Virus record (IMG/VR): IMGVR_UViG_3300024996_000004
Source: a virus
Length of the DNA: 64,000 bases
Strand: one strand, 5' to 3'
Shown: positions 1 through 10,200 of the stretch, in pieces
Numbering within the stretch: position 1 is the stretch's first letter
How the letters are laid out: the number at the start of each line of letters is the position of its first letter
Program-made: the position numbers and the translations under genes
Notes under the pieces: generated by a model
Database searches by the model: none
What the model was told of the DNA's origin: nothing
What the model saw: the letters and a program-made list of their open reading frames with translations, nothing else

Positions 1-258
1 TAATAAAATACTATTATTATCATTTGCTAATTTGTAAATATGAACTAAAGGTTTTCGATGAATTATTCCCCCATTAATATGCGCACATCGTGGACACCAT
101 GTATCTTTGGTAATTAATTGAGTTGGAGATACTTTCCATTGATGACCATATTCACATTCAACAAACAATTTATTTGAATAAGTTTTAATATCAGTTAATA
201 ATTTTCCATTATGTAATTGTATTCATATAATTTTTGGGTTATTTACTATTTATTCCAA

Positions 259-287
259 TTGACAGGAATTGTTATATAGTTTACTAT
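259..287 (+). promoter_or_regulatory. sigma70-type early promoter
   Basis: TTGACA-N17-TACTAT upstream of an AGGAG RBS. Confidence 0.7.
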
Positions 288-497
288 TAACATATCTTAA
301 ATTCTTAGGAGAAATTTATGACAAGTTCATGGGATGTGAGTTATGATGCTCAACAAAGACTGGTAAGATTGAAAAATCTAAATATGAAAAATCTAAAGAT
401 GACGAGCATGAATTCAAAACTTACGGATCATGGTATTCTATTTGGAAAGAATATACTCACGGTAAAGTGACCACTTATTCAAAATAAAGAGAAATTT

Positions 498-884
498 ATG
501 GACAACAAAATTTTTAATGTTAATGGCAGAAGTAAAGAATGTTTTAAGCTTGCGTTACAATTATTACTTTCTCAAGAAGAATTTAATAAACCTAAAATTC
601 ATGCATGGTCAATTAATCCTCATAAAGGATTAATACTGTACAATTATCACAGCGGAGATTCCATCGCATTTCCAATACCATTGTCATGTGATGCTGTTGT
701 TGATATGGTGTGGGAATGGTTGCAAAATGATGAATCAAAGAAAATTGAATTGGATAATATTGACAAAAATTCCGTTGGATTTGATGGTTCAATTGCGAAG
801 GGCTGGCGTGTTTATCTTGAACAAGATTCGCCGTCTAATGTTCTAGGAATTATTACGCCATCGCACTTATATTATGGCAAATAA
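498..884 (+). CDS. hypothetical protein
   Basis: 128 aa ORF, overlaps next gene. Confidence 0.7.
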   Translation: MDNKIFNVNGRSKECFKLALQLLLSQEEFNKPKIHAWSINPHKGLILYNYHSGDSIAFPIPLSCDAVVDMVWEWLQNDESKKIELDNIDKNSVGFDGSIAKGWRVYLEQDSPSNVLGIITPSHLYYGK

Positions 885-1149
885 TATGAAAGTAAATTAC
901 ACAGAAACCATTGACAAAGTAGTTGATATCAAACCAGTAGAAATTATTGCATGTGCTGCCGATGCTTTTGAAAAACATAATGATCTTGAACTTAGATGGT
1001 TGGATGCCGAAAACATGATATGTCAAAACGGTAAATATGGACTCGAATGCTTATTCAAAGCATCTCCGAGACAAATTGACGCATTTAAAATTATCAAATT
1101 AATTAAAGAATATAAATCAACTTATATTGTTGAAAAACATGATTACTGA
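874..1149 (+). CDS. hypothetical protein
   Basis: 91 aa ORF in tightly packed run. Confidence 0.6.
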   Translation: MANNMKVNYTETIDKVVDIKPVEIIACAADAFEKHNDLELRWLDAENMICQNGKYGLECLFKASPRQIDAFKIIKLIKEYKSTYIVEKHDY

Positions 1150-1747
1150 AATCTTACTAAGAACATATTCATCAAAATATGAATTGATGGAAAAATTTAA
1201 AAACGCTATCTTAGATAATACTAATTTATCTGTAAAATTGATAGACCACTCAAATCTTTCTATCGAAGATTTTGAACATACTGAACAAGAAACGTTGATC
1301 AGTGTAGATGAATTTATTTCTAAAAAATTAGATATTCCATATTATAGGATGTCTAGAGTGTTTAATAATCATGGTGATGTTATTGGTAAGTATGAACAAG
1401 GAATAATCACTGAAACGGGGAATAATGTTAGAGTTCTTGACTCTGACATGGTACGAGGCGACACTATACAACGTGCATGTACTACATTCAAAACTACTAA
1501 ATTTTTTGTTCCTCTTGTCGTTAGATCATACCAAGATTTGATTGATGTTGAAGATATTGTAGAAAATAAATCAATTATATTAGTTGAAGATCAATTAAAA
1601 TTAATAAATTTATACAACATAAATCTTGCACGTTTCGCTTATAGTTATTTGCATAATAAAGAGTTCTTTTGTAAAAGAACTTCATTACCCGAACATATGT
1701 ATGATATTTTTCACGATATAAAGAATGAACATGAAAATTATTATTAA
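1139..1747 (+). CDS. putative phosphoribosyltransferase-fold protein
   Basis: VRVLDSDMVRGDTI resembles the type I PRTase PRPP loop (hhhhDD...TGxT); ATG 1139 preferred. Confidence 0.4.
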   Translation: MITEILLRTYSSKYELMEKFKNAILDNTNLSVKLIDHSNLSIEDFEHTEQETLISVDEFISKKLDIPYYRMSRVFNNHGDVIGKYEQGIITETGNNVRVLDSDMVRGDTIQRACTTFKTTKFFVPLVVRSYQDLIDVEDIVENKSIILVEDQLKLINLYNINLARFAYSYLHNKEFFCKRTSLPEHMYDIFHDIKNEHENYY

Positions 1748-1756
1748 GGATTAATT

Positions 1757-2101
1757 ATGGATAAGTGGCTACCCATTAGTAAAGCTCCGAAAGATGGCAC
1801 TATGATTTTGGTAACAGAAACTCCTAATGGAGAAGCTTGGAATGTCATTCCCGCGTGTTGGATGGCTTTAACAAGTCAAGAGCAATCGGATAAGGAATTT
1901 TTTGAGAACGGAGGATTACCACCCAATAATAGTCATAAAGGCAGTTGGTGGGGAATTTGTGCTACACGATGGTCTAGAGAAGGACCATTATACACAAGAT
2001 TTAAACCGTTAGCTTGTACACCCGTTTGTTGGATGCATTTTCCTGAAATGGAATCTGAAACGAAATTGAATCGTAGAATGTCTCAATTGTATAGAAATTA
2101 A
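1757..2101 (+). CDS. DUF551-like phage protein
   Basis: WLPISKAPKDGT N-terminus and P.CWM.FP C-terminus. Confidence 0.6.
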   Translation: MDKWLPISKAPKDGTMILVTETPNGEAWNVIPACWMALTSQEQSDKEFFENGGLPPNNSHKGSWWGICATRWSREGPLYTRFKPLACTPVCWMHFPEMESETKLNRRMSQLYRN

Positions 2102-2103
2102 AA

Positions 2104-2973
2104 ATGAAAAATGAAAACTTTAACTCATTGATTGAACAAATAAAACGATGGTTTCATGATAGAACCCTAAATCATGCAGTGATTGGATATTCTGGTGGAA
2201 TTGATTCTGCTACTACTGCTGCATTATTGGATGCTGCGGAAATTCCTACAACAATTGTTTCTATAAACATCGAAAATCAAATAAAATCATCGAATTATGA
2301 TGTTTTTGATTTTGCAAAACAATATGATTTTTTAACAGCTATTGATATGAATTTGCCGATGCCAATATTTCGTTTTGATGCTGGTAGAGAAGCAGCATTA
2401 CCTATTTTGCGAAATGCTTGTTTATATGGAGTCGTAGCTGAATATAAAATATATAAAGGATTTAATCCCGTTACAGTTGGAACTGCCAACTTTGACGAAT
2501 CGAGTTATTTAGGATTTTGGGGTAAGGCATCCGATGCAGCACAAGATTTTTATCCTATCAGTCATTTACATAAGTCTGAAGTAGTACAGTTGGCAAAATA
2601 TCTTAAGGTTCCAGTAGAAATTATTAATGCTGTTCCATCTGGTGATTTACAATGGTCTGGTGAATTGAATGATTTAAAAATGATTGGATGTGATTACAAT
2701 ACTGTTGAACAAATAGCAAATATGGCAAAATCTAATGTTAAACTAGATGAAATAGCTTCTGTTATTATTAAAATGCCTGATGCGAAAAAATTTATCAGTA
2801 ACGTATTAAGAAATGAATTTAAATATACTTTACCGTTTCCAAATTGGCATTTAAGTCCATTGTTAGAAGATTTTCGTCGCTATGCATATAAGAATGTGTT
2901 AGAAGCTTGCAAATTAACTAGGATTGAATTATTTGAGAATAAAAATCCACAATTTTTTTCATCTCATCAATAG
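2104..2973 (+). CDS. nadE: NH3-dependent NAD+ synthetase
   Basis: SGGIDS PP-loop, GTANFDE..LGFWGK, HKSEV..LA, PSGDL motifs. Confidence 0.85.
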   Translation: MKNENFNSLIEQIKRWFHDRTLNHAVIGYSGGIDSATTAALLDAAEIPTTIVSINIENQIKSSNYDVFDFAKQYDFLTAIDMNLPMPIFRFDAGREAALPILRNACLYGVVAEYKIYKGFNPVTVGTANFDESSYLGFWGKASDAAQDFYPISHLHKSEVVQLAKYLKVPVEIINAVPSGDLQWSGELNDLKMIGCDYNTVEQIANMAKSNVKLDEIASVIIKMPDAKKFISNVLRNEFKYTLPFPNWHLSPLLEDFRRYAYKNVLEACKLTRIELFENKNPQFFSSHQ

Positions 2974-3265
2974 TTGCATTAGATTTCAATTTATTTGCAC
3001 GATATGATATTACAATAACATTATCCAATGAATATCCTTTAGAAGAATCTATTCTATCGAAACTTATGGAATTATCTTCTACTTTGTGTCTATTAAAATG
3101 CAATGGAATTCCAAGAATAGGACATACGATAGGAATTCCTATTTCATCCATGTCTGATAACAATAATGTAAATGGTATGTCACGTTTTTTGGCGGATGAT
3201 TTTAAATTACTCCATAAAAGCTTGAAATCCTTTTGAGTAATATGTAAACTATTAGTGTTCATCAA
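2918..3265 (-). CDS. HNH-type (homing) endonuclease
   Basis: CPILG...SISFDRIDSSKGYSLDNV.VIS..AN..K; antisense insertion in an operon. Confidence 0.75.
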   Translation of the reverse strand: MMNTNSLHITQKDFKLLWSNLKSSAKKRDIPFTLLLSDMDEIGIPIVCPILGIPLHFNRHKVEDNSISFDRIDSSKGYSLDNVIVISYRANKLKSNATIDEMKKIVDFYSQIIQS

Positions 3266-3307
3266 GCTATTTATTAATCAAAATAATCGATATAATGAGG
3301 AAATATT

Positions 3308-3685
3308 ATGCTCAAACAGACTGATCGTATACGCGGACGACGTAAAGCCAAATTTTATATCTATCGCAACTTGAACCATGGAAAATTGTTTTCAATAAGA
3401 TATAAAGGGAAAGTTATTGATCGTTTAGACGATTTTATAGCTTATGAATGTGATATGAAAGTCAACCCAAGTGGACGAGCTAGAACACTTGCATATAAGA
3501 CTAAAAATGTTCATGCTTTCGTTGTTACCGATGCATATGAAACAATGAATGATCATGAATTAATAAATGATCATGAATTAAAATATAATCCATATAATTC
3601 TGAATATTTTCAATGTGATGGGAAAACTATTCATTATGCAGATGCAATTTTGTTTAAAAATGGGAAAGCTTATGTTCTTACTTAA
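3308..3685 (+). CDS. conserved phage hypothetical protein
   Basis: YRNL..FSI, GR.R..KNVHAFV, YNPY pattern typical of a widespread phage family. Confidence 0.65.
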   Translation: MLKQTDRIRGRRKAKFYIYRNLNHGKLFSIRYKGKVIDRLDDFIAYECDMKVNPSGRARTLAYKTKNVHAFVVTDAYETMNDHELINDHELKYNPYNSEYFQCDGKTIHYADAILFKNGKAYVLT

Positions 3686-3699
3686 AAAGAGTTTACAAC

Positions 3700-4491
3700 A
3701 TGCATGATATTAATCGTTATTATGGAGATAATAAACCTTCATGGAATCCTGTGACATTGGAAGAAATTCCAACAGATATGCATGTTGAAAAAATTCAAGT
3801 AACTGTGGGAACGACTTCATGGCCTGTTTATATCGCTAACAATGTATTTTCGGAACAATTCTGCAATGATCTGATCAAACAATTTGATCAACAAGAAGCT
3901 TATCCTGTAGGTATTGATGGATATTGCAATGCGTCAGAGAATATAGGAAGTTATCGTGCTATGGCATGGACTTCAGAATTAGCGTATATTATTTCAGAAA
4001 AACTTAGAAATGCTATGTCAAATTCTTTAGTGGTATCAGGATTAAATTTACCGTATCCATGGCCCAATTCTATGCGTTTACCGTTTTGTCATCATGTAAA
4101 TCAATATATCATGATAGGATCAACACCATTTTTACGATTCATGAAATATAAATCTGGTGGAATGCATGTTCCGCATCATGATGCCCCATATGAAAATAAA
4201 AATGAAAAATATATAACTATGTTTTCATATGTGTTATATTTGAATACTCCAAGAGGAAAAGGTGGAGAATTTCAATTTATTAATGACACAAGAAATATAA
4301 ACAATCAACATTTTCCTGATCAATGGGACATATCAGATTGGACAGAAATGTCTAATGATGTCATTATGAGCATCAATCCTGAACGTGGAAAATTATTAAT
4401 TTTTCCTCATTGGTTATGTCATCAAGTTCAAAAATACGTTGGGGAAGGATATCGTTATATCATTAGGGGAGACGTGGCTTATGGTTATTGA
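3700..4491 (+). CDS. 2OG-Fe(II) oxygenase (prolyl-hydroxylase-like)
   Basis: MKY..GG.H.PHHD, YLN...GGEF, G.LLIFPH...H.V, RY.IRGD. Confidence 0.85.
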   Translation: MHDINRYYGDNKPSWNPVTLEEIPTDMHVEKIQVTVGTTSWPVYIANNVFSEQFCNDLIKQFDQQEAYPVGIDGYCNASENIGSYRAMAWTSELAYIISEKLRNAMSNSLVVSGLNLPYPWPNSMRLPFCHHVNQYIMIGSTPFLRFMKYKSGGMHVPHHDAPYENKNEKYITMFSYVLYLNTPRGKGGEFQFINDTRNINNQHFPDQWDISDWTEMSNDVIMSINPERGKLLIFPHWLCHQVQKYVGEGYRYIIRGDVAYGY

Positions 4492-5146
4492 AGAACCATG
4501 GTACAAAAAACTTGAAGAAAAGTATGGTTATGATTTCTGTAAATTAGCTGGATATTTTGAAGAAGATCGTACATGGACAGATGTTTACGGACATTCATAT
4601 GCAGATACTTTTAAACTTCCTAATGACACTACGGTAATTCAATTTTCCGGTGCATTTTATCCTTTCCATGAAGGACATCTGTCTATTATCCTACGAGCTA
4701 TAGACGAAATTTGTGATAAAACAGAGTTTTCGTCCAATGGAGTAGTTATTTTGCACGTTGATCACAAAAGATATCGAACATCAAAAGGAAAGTATAATGA
4801 AGAAAAATTTATAAAATCATTTGATTTATTTACAAAATCATTTCCCTATAAGAATTTCACTGGACAAATAATTTTTGAAGATGATATGTTTTTAAGTTGT
4901 TCAAGAAACTTTACACGACTATATGCTGAGTTAGTTAATAAACGGAATAAAGTCTATTTCTTGTCGGGTGGTGATCGTGCTAATTATGCTTTAACTTTTA
5001 AAGATGATGGTTATTGTATTATATCTGGCAGAAATTCTGATGAGAAATTCAATGTATATAAAAACACTTTAAGTTCTGATAGAATATGGTTTCTTGATGG
5101 AGAACATCCTGCATCTTCCACGGAAATTAGAAAACAATCTCAATAG
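4481..5146 (+). CDS. HxGH nucleotidyltransferase (NadD/NadM-like cytidylyl/adenylyltransferase family)
   Basis: SGAFYPFHEGH, GGDR, C-terminal SSTEIR; start overlaps oxygenase stop. Confidence 0.75.
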   Translation: MVIEEPWYKKLEEKYGYDFCKLAGYFEEDRTWTDVYGHSYADTFKLPNDTTVIQFSGAFYPFHEGHLSIILRAIDEICDKTEFSSNGVVILHVDHKRYRTSKGKYNEEKFIKSFDLFTKSFPYKNFTGQIIFEDDMFLSCSRNFTRLYAELVNKRNKVYFLSGGDRANYALTFKDDGYCIISGRNSDEKFNVYKNTLSSDRIWFLDGEHPASSTEIRKQSQ

Positions 5147-5177
5147 GACAACAATATTAATTTTTAAAGTTCGTAAA

Positions 5178-5483
5178 CTATTGAGATTTTAAAATATAAT
5201 CGAGAACATATCCAACATTATTATTCAAATAATCCATTACAGTTCGATAATCTTCACTATCGCCGTCGAAATCATTGTCACCATCTCTACCAACTATGGA
5301 TTCAATCTTATATTTTTTGGTATTTTTATCAATAGTTAAATCTATTAAATATTGAACATCTGTGCGTTCATCTAATAGAAGAAAGCTTCCATTAACAGTA
5401 TCACCATTGTCTGAAAATAATGTTGCGCTTATTACTTCAAAATCATCTTTGTATAATGACTCATAAAGAGTTTGTATTCTCAT
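5178..5483 (-). CDS. hypothetical acidic protein, possible internal virion protein
   Basis: MRIQTLYES leader; coupled to the 1221 aa gene. Confidence 0.55.
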   Translation of the reverse strand: MRIQTLYESLYKDDFEVISATLFSDNGDTVNGSFLLLDERTDVQYLIDLTIDKNTKKYKIESIVGRDGDNDFDGDSEDYRTVMDYLNNNVGYVLDYILKSQ

Positions 5484-8400
5484 ATCACATTACCTAAATT
5501 GTTTGTTGAAAATGTGAGAACACCGTTGGATGTTGAAGTATAGCCAACACCCGGAGTTACAACCACATTACCACTATTTATAGTCACATTATATGATGTA
5601 GAAGATGACAAACCTGTAACAACATGCAAAGCTGCCACATTCGGATTCTGATAAGTAATATTTGTGGTATCCGCAAATGCAACAACTTGATCACCATCAG
5701 CACCAGCTAAATGAATAGCATAAGCAGATGAAGCTAATACTGTAATGTTTGATGATGTAGAAGCCATGTCAAATACAGTCAACCATTTTTGTTTTAATGA
5801 ATTGGTTGGAGTACGTAATTGAACATTCCAAACTTTGGGTTGAGAATCGGAAGGATAAACTTTTGTTACTGTAGCTGTTGTAGCTGGCAATACTGAAGTC
5901 ATAGAACCGACATAAGAACCTTTATAAGTAATACCAAATTGTGTTCCAGATATGAGAGTAGGATTAGCTGGAAAATTCCATGATGTGTATTGATCAAAAT
6001 TAATATTTCCCGTTTCAGTTCTATCTAACACAATGAAACGATTTGGACGAAGATACACAATTTCTCTACTCCAACCTACAACGCCATCATTAGCAGAGAA
6101 AGTTTTATACATTTGTTCAATGTTATTTCCCTTAATCCATACATAATTTCCATTATCTTCAAGAGTAGTATCAGTGATGACTCCATCATATTCAGCACTA
6201 AAACTACTTTGACCAAAGCTTTGATTAATTTTGGTTCCAGTAACATCTCTCACGTAAAATAAATTATAACATTGAGCATTACCAACATATTGAGTACCGT
6301 TAAAGCTGCCCAATAAATCATTGTATAATAATGTTTCATCGTTAGCACCATTTGGTTCATGAATAGCCCAGCCATAGGTGTTTACAAGTAAAGGAACATT
6401 TCCATTTACTAAAGCCAAACTACCTTGATCATAACCTTCTTCAGCCTGTTCAGGGTTATCCGCATATGAACTAGCTCTAAAACTTAACCATTTGGCCGAT
6501 GTTGTCCAATCTGATCTTGCAGCGACTGCACCCAACCCCATTGCTTTATAAGATAATGGCAAAGTATTTAAAGGTTTTACAGGTAATGAACTATTACCTT
6601 CAAGCATGGCAACCCACGATTCAGCTGAGGCAAAATTATTCGTAGCAGCATTCACCGATTGTAGATATTGATTAAATACGTCAACATTAGGTCTATTCCA
6701 ATAAACCAATTCACCGAGTATTTGTTTCACCATTCCAGTAGGAACTGTTCCAACAGGTGGTGTAGCTACTCCATTAGCATGATTCGTGTCTCTATCATCA
6801 AAATAATCTAATGAAGGCCATGTGAAATGCATTGCATAATCGGCCATATCTACAGGATAAGTATAAGGTATTGAAGTTGAATTTATTACATCAATACCAG
6901 TAGCAGTCTTTAGTTCTCTTGCAGGAAGACTCATATTCAAAACAGCTTGAGGTCCATAGTTACCAAAACCTTCAGGCCATCCACCACCTGTCATATGTTT
7001 TAGGAAATATGGTTGAACTCTTGATAAAAATTGATTACCATACCAATCCTGCCACATTTTTGCTCCATTAGGATTATCTTCATAGGTAGCTAATGTTATA
7101 GCACATTTTGCATGAAAGTATCCTGCATAATAATTGCATAATGGATGACTATAAGCAAAATTTGATCTAGAATTAGGATTTTCCCAACTATCAACCCATA
7201 TATTAGCAGTAGTTATTACTTGTTGACGTTGTGTAGGAGTCAATAATTCATACAACCAATCATATCCTATTCCAAAACCAACACCATAGAATTTTATGAC
7301 GAAGCCATCATCGGTTTGAGGATCACAACCTTTATTTCCACTTCCTGTAGTATATGGAGTAGCCATAGCCATTAAGATTTCAACAGCTTTAGCACCATAT
7401 ACTGCGGCTGATGCTGGATCACTTATCTTTAATATTTGATATGCCAAGGCCACATTTAGCAATTCTGGCAAATAATTTTCACCTTGATAACCACTACCGA
7501 TATTAGGGAGAGTAGGATAAGCATCTTCAACAGGAAGGTTAACTTTTCCACCATTATAACTATCGCATATGGATTTCAAAGTAACCCATTCTGGATCATT
7601 ATTAGTCATTTTTAAACGAAGATTATCCAAAGTAGTATTATCTAGGATCAATCTAGGATGGGCAGCAAGCACTGGTGCAGAAACGATACTACGCGAAGTC
7701 GTAGGTGTCGGTGTAGGACTTACAGGAGTACTACCGCTCGCTACAGGTGTGCTACGTGGAGTGCCCGTAGGTGGAACTGGTGTAGGCGATGCAGGAGTAC
7801 CCGGAGCTAAGGCAATAAGTCTGCTATAGAAACCTACTCCTGTTGCACTTGTGACAGCTACAGCTGTTACTGCACCCGTCGAACCAGCATTAGGTTGTAA
7901 AATAGAGCTACATATCATGTTTTGAGACTTAACAACTCCCGGATTTGTTATTTGTTTGTATCCGGCTGGTGCAGTAAATATTGGATTAATGTTAGTATTA
8001 TAACTACTAGTACCAGCACTATTGATAATGACACAATTAGGAACAGTAGTAGTAATACCGGGATTAGTCATATTAATAGGAGAAGGAGTTGTTTTAGTGG
8101 TAGTTGCAACACTAGAAGCATTGATTCCAGAAACTCCCATCCAACGTTCACATACTACAACCCATCCGCTATCATTTGATCCATAAGTACTTGCAATAGT
8201 TGAAGGATCATTATCAGATGCTATTTTCCAATATGCACTAGTAACACTTCCACCATCTCCGAATCGAGTTTCATCAATTAATGTAAATCCAGTAGGAGTA
8301 TTGGCACCGCCCGGAGCGCTAACAGTTAATAACAATATTCCACCTTTTCCGCTTGGTAATGAAACGCTCCAATCCATTGCTGTACCATTAGATGTGGTAA

Positions 8401-9145
8401 ACGAAGCTCGTGTGATTGTTGATGAGGAAGTGTTAGGTGTTTGAGTAACTGAAATGCTTGGTGTAACAGTTGGTTCAGGAGTTTTTGATATCGATATAGT
8501 TGGTGTTACTGATATAGTTGGTGTTACTGATATAGTTGGTGTTACTGATATAGTTGGTGTTACTGATATAGTTGGTGTTACAGTAACGTCAGGAGTGACG
8601 GATATTGTTGGTGTTACTGTAATTTCAGGTGTTGCTGATATTTCGGGTGTTACTGATATAGTTGGAGTTACCGATACTTCTGGCGTAACAGATATAGTTG
8701 GTGTTACGGTAACGTCAGGAGTGACGGATATAGTTGGTGTTACTGTAATTTCAGGAGTAACAGATATGGTTGGAGTAACAACAGGTGTTGTGGTCACTTC
8801 AGGTGTTATAGACACAGAAGGTGTAACAGTTGGTTCAGGTGTAACACTAGGAGTTACGAAACCTAGAATTCTCAAAGCGTCTGCTTGACTAGCTGCACTT
8901 AACAACAATTGACCGAATAATTGACCATCATCAGTTCCTTTAACAATAACATCTAAACCAGCTTCTGGCGTAGGAGTTTCTGGAATATAAACAATGCTTA
9001 ACTGGCTTTGCATCACAGCAGCATTAAATTCTGCAACAGAATACTCTCCTATGTTAACATCAGGGATGTAAGTTATAGAATTTGGTGAAAAATCAACGTC
9101 ACTAATAGTAATAGTAACGGGAGTTAAATTATGAATTTGATACAT
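5480..9145 (-). CDS. large virion-associated protein with Pro/Thr linkers and heparinase II/III-like polysaccharide lyase module
   Basis: TPTISV repeats; HPRL, NYY.G, GGGWPEG..Y, ARSDW motifs; late promoter at 9182-9188. Confidence 0.6.
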   Translation of the reverse strand: MYQIHNLTPVTITISDVDFSPNSITYIPDVNIGEYSVAEFNAAVMQSQLSIVYIPETPTPEAGLDVIVKGTDDGQLFGQLLLSAASQADALRILGFVTPSVTPEPTVTPSVSITPEVTTTPVVTPTISVTPEITVTPTISVTPDVTVTPTISVTPEVSVTPTISVTPEISATPEITVTPTISVTPDVTVTPTISVTPTISVTPTISVTPTISVTPTISISKTPEPTVTPSISVTQTPNTSSSTITRASFTTSNGTAMDWSVSLPSGKGGILLLTVSAPGGANTPTGFTLIDETRFGDGGSVTSAYWKIASDNDPSTIASTYGSNDSGWVVVCERWMGVSGINASSVATTTKTTPSPINMTNPGITTTVPNCVIINSAGTSSYNTNINPIFTAPAGYKQITNPGVVKSQNMICSSILQPNAGSTGAVTAVAVTSATGVGFYSRLIALAPGTPASPTPVPPTGTPRSTPVASGSTPVSPTPTPTTSRSIVSAPVLAAHPRLILDNTTLDNLRLKMTNNDPEWVTLKSICDSYNGGKVNLPVEDAYPTLPNIGSGYQGENYLPELLNVALAYQILKISDPASAAVYGAKAVEILMAMATPYTTGSGNKGCDPQTDDGFVIKFYGVGFGIGYDWLYELLTPTQRQQVITTANIWVDSWENPNSRSNFAYSHPLCNYYAGYFHAKCAITLATYEDNPNGAKMWQDWYGNQFLSRVQPYFLKHMTGGGWPEGFGNYGPQAVLNMSLPARELKTATGIDVINSTSIPYTYPVDMADYAMHFTWPSLDYFDDRDTNHANGVATPPVGTVPTGMVKQILGELVYWNRPNVDVFNQYLQSVNAATNNFASAESWVAMLEGNSSLPVKPLNTLPLSYKAMGLGAVAARSDWTTSAKWLSFRASSYADNPEQAEEGYDQGSLALVNGNVPLLVNTYGWAIHEPNGANDETLLYNDLLGSFNGTQYVGNAQCYNLFYVRDVTGTKINQSFGQSSFSAEYDGVITDTTLEDNGNYVWIKGNNIEQMYKTFSANDGVVGWSREIVYLRPNRFIVLDRTETGNINFDQYTSWNFPANPTLISGTQFGITYKGSYVGSMTSVLPATTATVTKVYPSDSQPKVWNVQLRTPTNSLKQKWLTVFDMASTSSNITVLASSAYAIHLAGADGDQVVAFADTTNITYQNPNVAALHVVTGLSSSTSYNVTINSGNVVVTPGVGYTSTSNGVLTFSTNNLGNVI
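8493..8582 (-). repeat. 18-bp coding tandem repeat (VTPTIS)x5 within a longer degenerate array (~8455-8855)
   Basis: GATATAGTTGGTGTTACT repeated on + strand. Confidence 0.9.
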
Positions 9146-9227
9146 TGTTTATCCTTGAATTAGTAAAAAATTTCATCTTGATATTTATGTTTAACGATGT
9201 TATCATTTAGTAAACTAGGAATATCAT

Positions 9228-9692
9228 ATGGTTGCCTTAAATGAAAAAAGAATTCGATGGGATAAATATTATTTGAAACAACTTGAAATCGTGAAAGATA
9301 AATCTAAAGATAATTCAACGAAAGTAGGTTCTATTATTGTAGGTGCATTTGATCAAGTTGTTTCTACTGGATTCAATGGATTCCCGCATGATGTTTATGA
9401 TGATATAAACGATTATCCACATCGTTATGAAAGACCTTTGAAGTATAATTTAACAGTGCACGCCGAATGTAATGCTATTTGTTTGGCAGCACGAACTGGA
9501 ACTCCGTTAAATGGTTCTAGAATATATTGTAACTTGTTTCCCTGTACTGAATGCGCTAAGATGATCATTCAAGCTGGGATTATTGAAGTTATAACTTATA
9601 AAGCGCCAGATTTGAAAGAATGGAATTTTGATATATCGAAAATGATGTTTGAAGAAGCTAAGATAAAGGTCACTGAATATGAAATTGAATGA
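9228..9692 (+). CDS. dCMP deaminase
   Basis: S.D.STKVG, GFNG.P, HAE.NAI, PCTECAK. Confidence 0.9.
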   Translation: MVALNEKRIRWDKYYLKQLEIVKDKSKDNSTKVGSIIVGAFDQVVSTGFNGFPHDVYDDINDYPHRYERPLKYNLTVHAECNAICLAARTGTPLNGSRIYCNLFPCTECAKMIIQAGIIEVITYKAPDLKEWNFDISKMMFEEAKIKVTEYEIE

Positions 9693-10191
9693 TATTAAAC
9701 CTATACCTGAACGTCTATCGCTATTGATGTTAATAGGATTACCGGGAAGCGGAAAATCAACTTGGGTAGAAAATTTTCTTAGAACCACCGATAAGAAGTA
9801 TGTTGTGTTATCCACGGATACTATTATTGAAAGAATGGCAAAAGAAATGGGGACGACTTATAGTGAAATATGGTCAAGTGCCATTGATGAAGCTACTCGC
9901 GAGAATTATGCAAATTTTAAAACTGCAATTAAGAATCAACAAAATATTATTTGGGATCAAACCAATCTTACATCAAGAAAACGTATAAACGTTTTGTCAA
10001 ATGTTGGATCACTTTATGAAAAAGTGGCAGTTACTTTCGAGCTTCCATTAGATATAATCTTTGAGAGAGTTGAAAATCGTGCAAAAGAAACTGATAAAAA
10101 TATTCCTAAAAACATATTAATAAATATGCAAAAGAGTTACGTAAAACCATCATTAGATGAAGGTTTCGATAAAATAATTAAGGGTAATTAA
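9679..10191 (+). CDS. P-loop kinase (AAA_33 / polynucleotide kinase-like)
   Basis: GLPGSGKST, STD, WDQTNL...R, P..DEGFD. Confidence 0.85.
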   Translation: MKLNDIKPIPERLSLLMLIGLPGSGKSTWVENFLRTTDKKYVVLSTDTIIERMAKEMGTTYSEIWSSAIDEATRENYANFKTAIKNQQNIIWDQTNLTSRKRINVLSNVGSLYEKVAVTFELPLDIIFERVENRAKETDKNIPKNILINMQKSYVKPSLDEGFDKIIKGN

Positions 10192-10200
10192 AGGATTTTT

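Noticed and set aside
318-488. Small ORF after the first promoter, possibly frameshifted
   Set aside because: Two short overlapping frames with no recognisable motif; cannot decide which is real.
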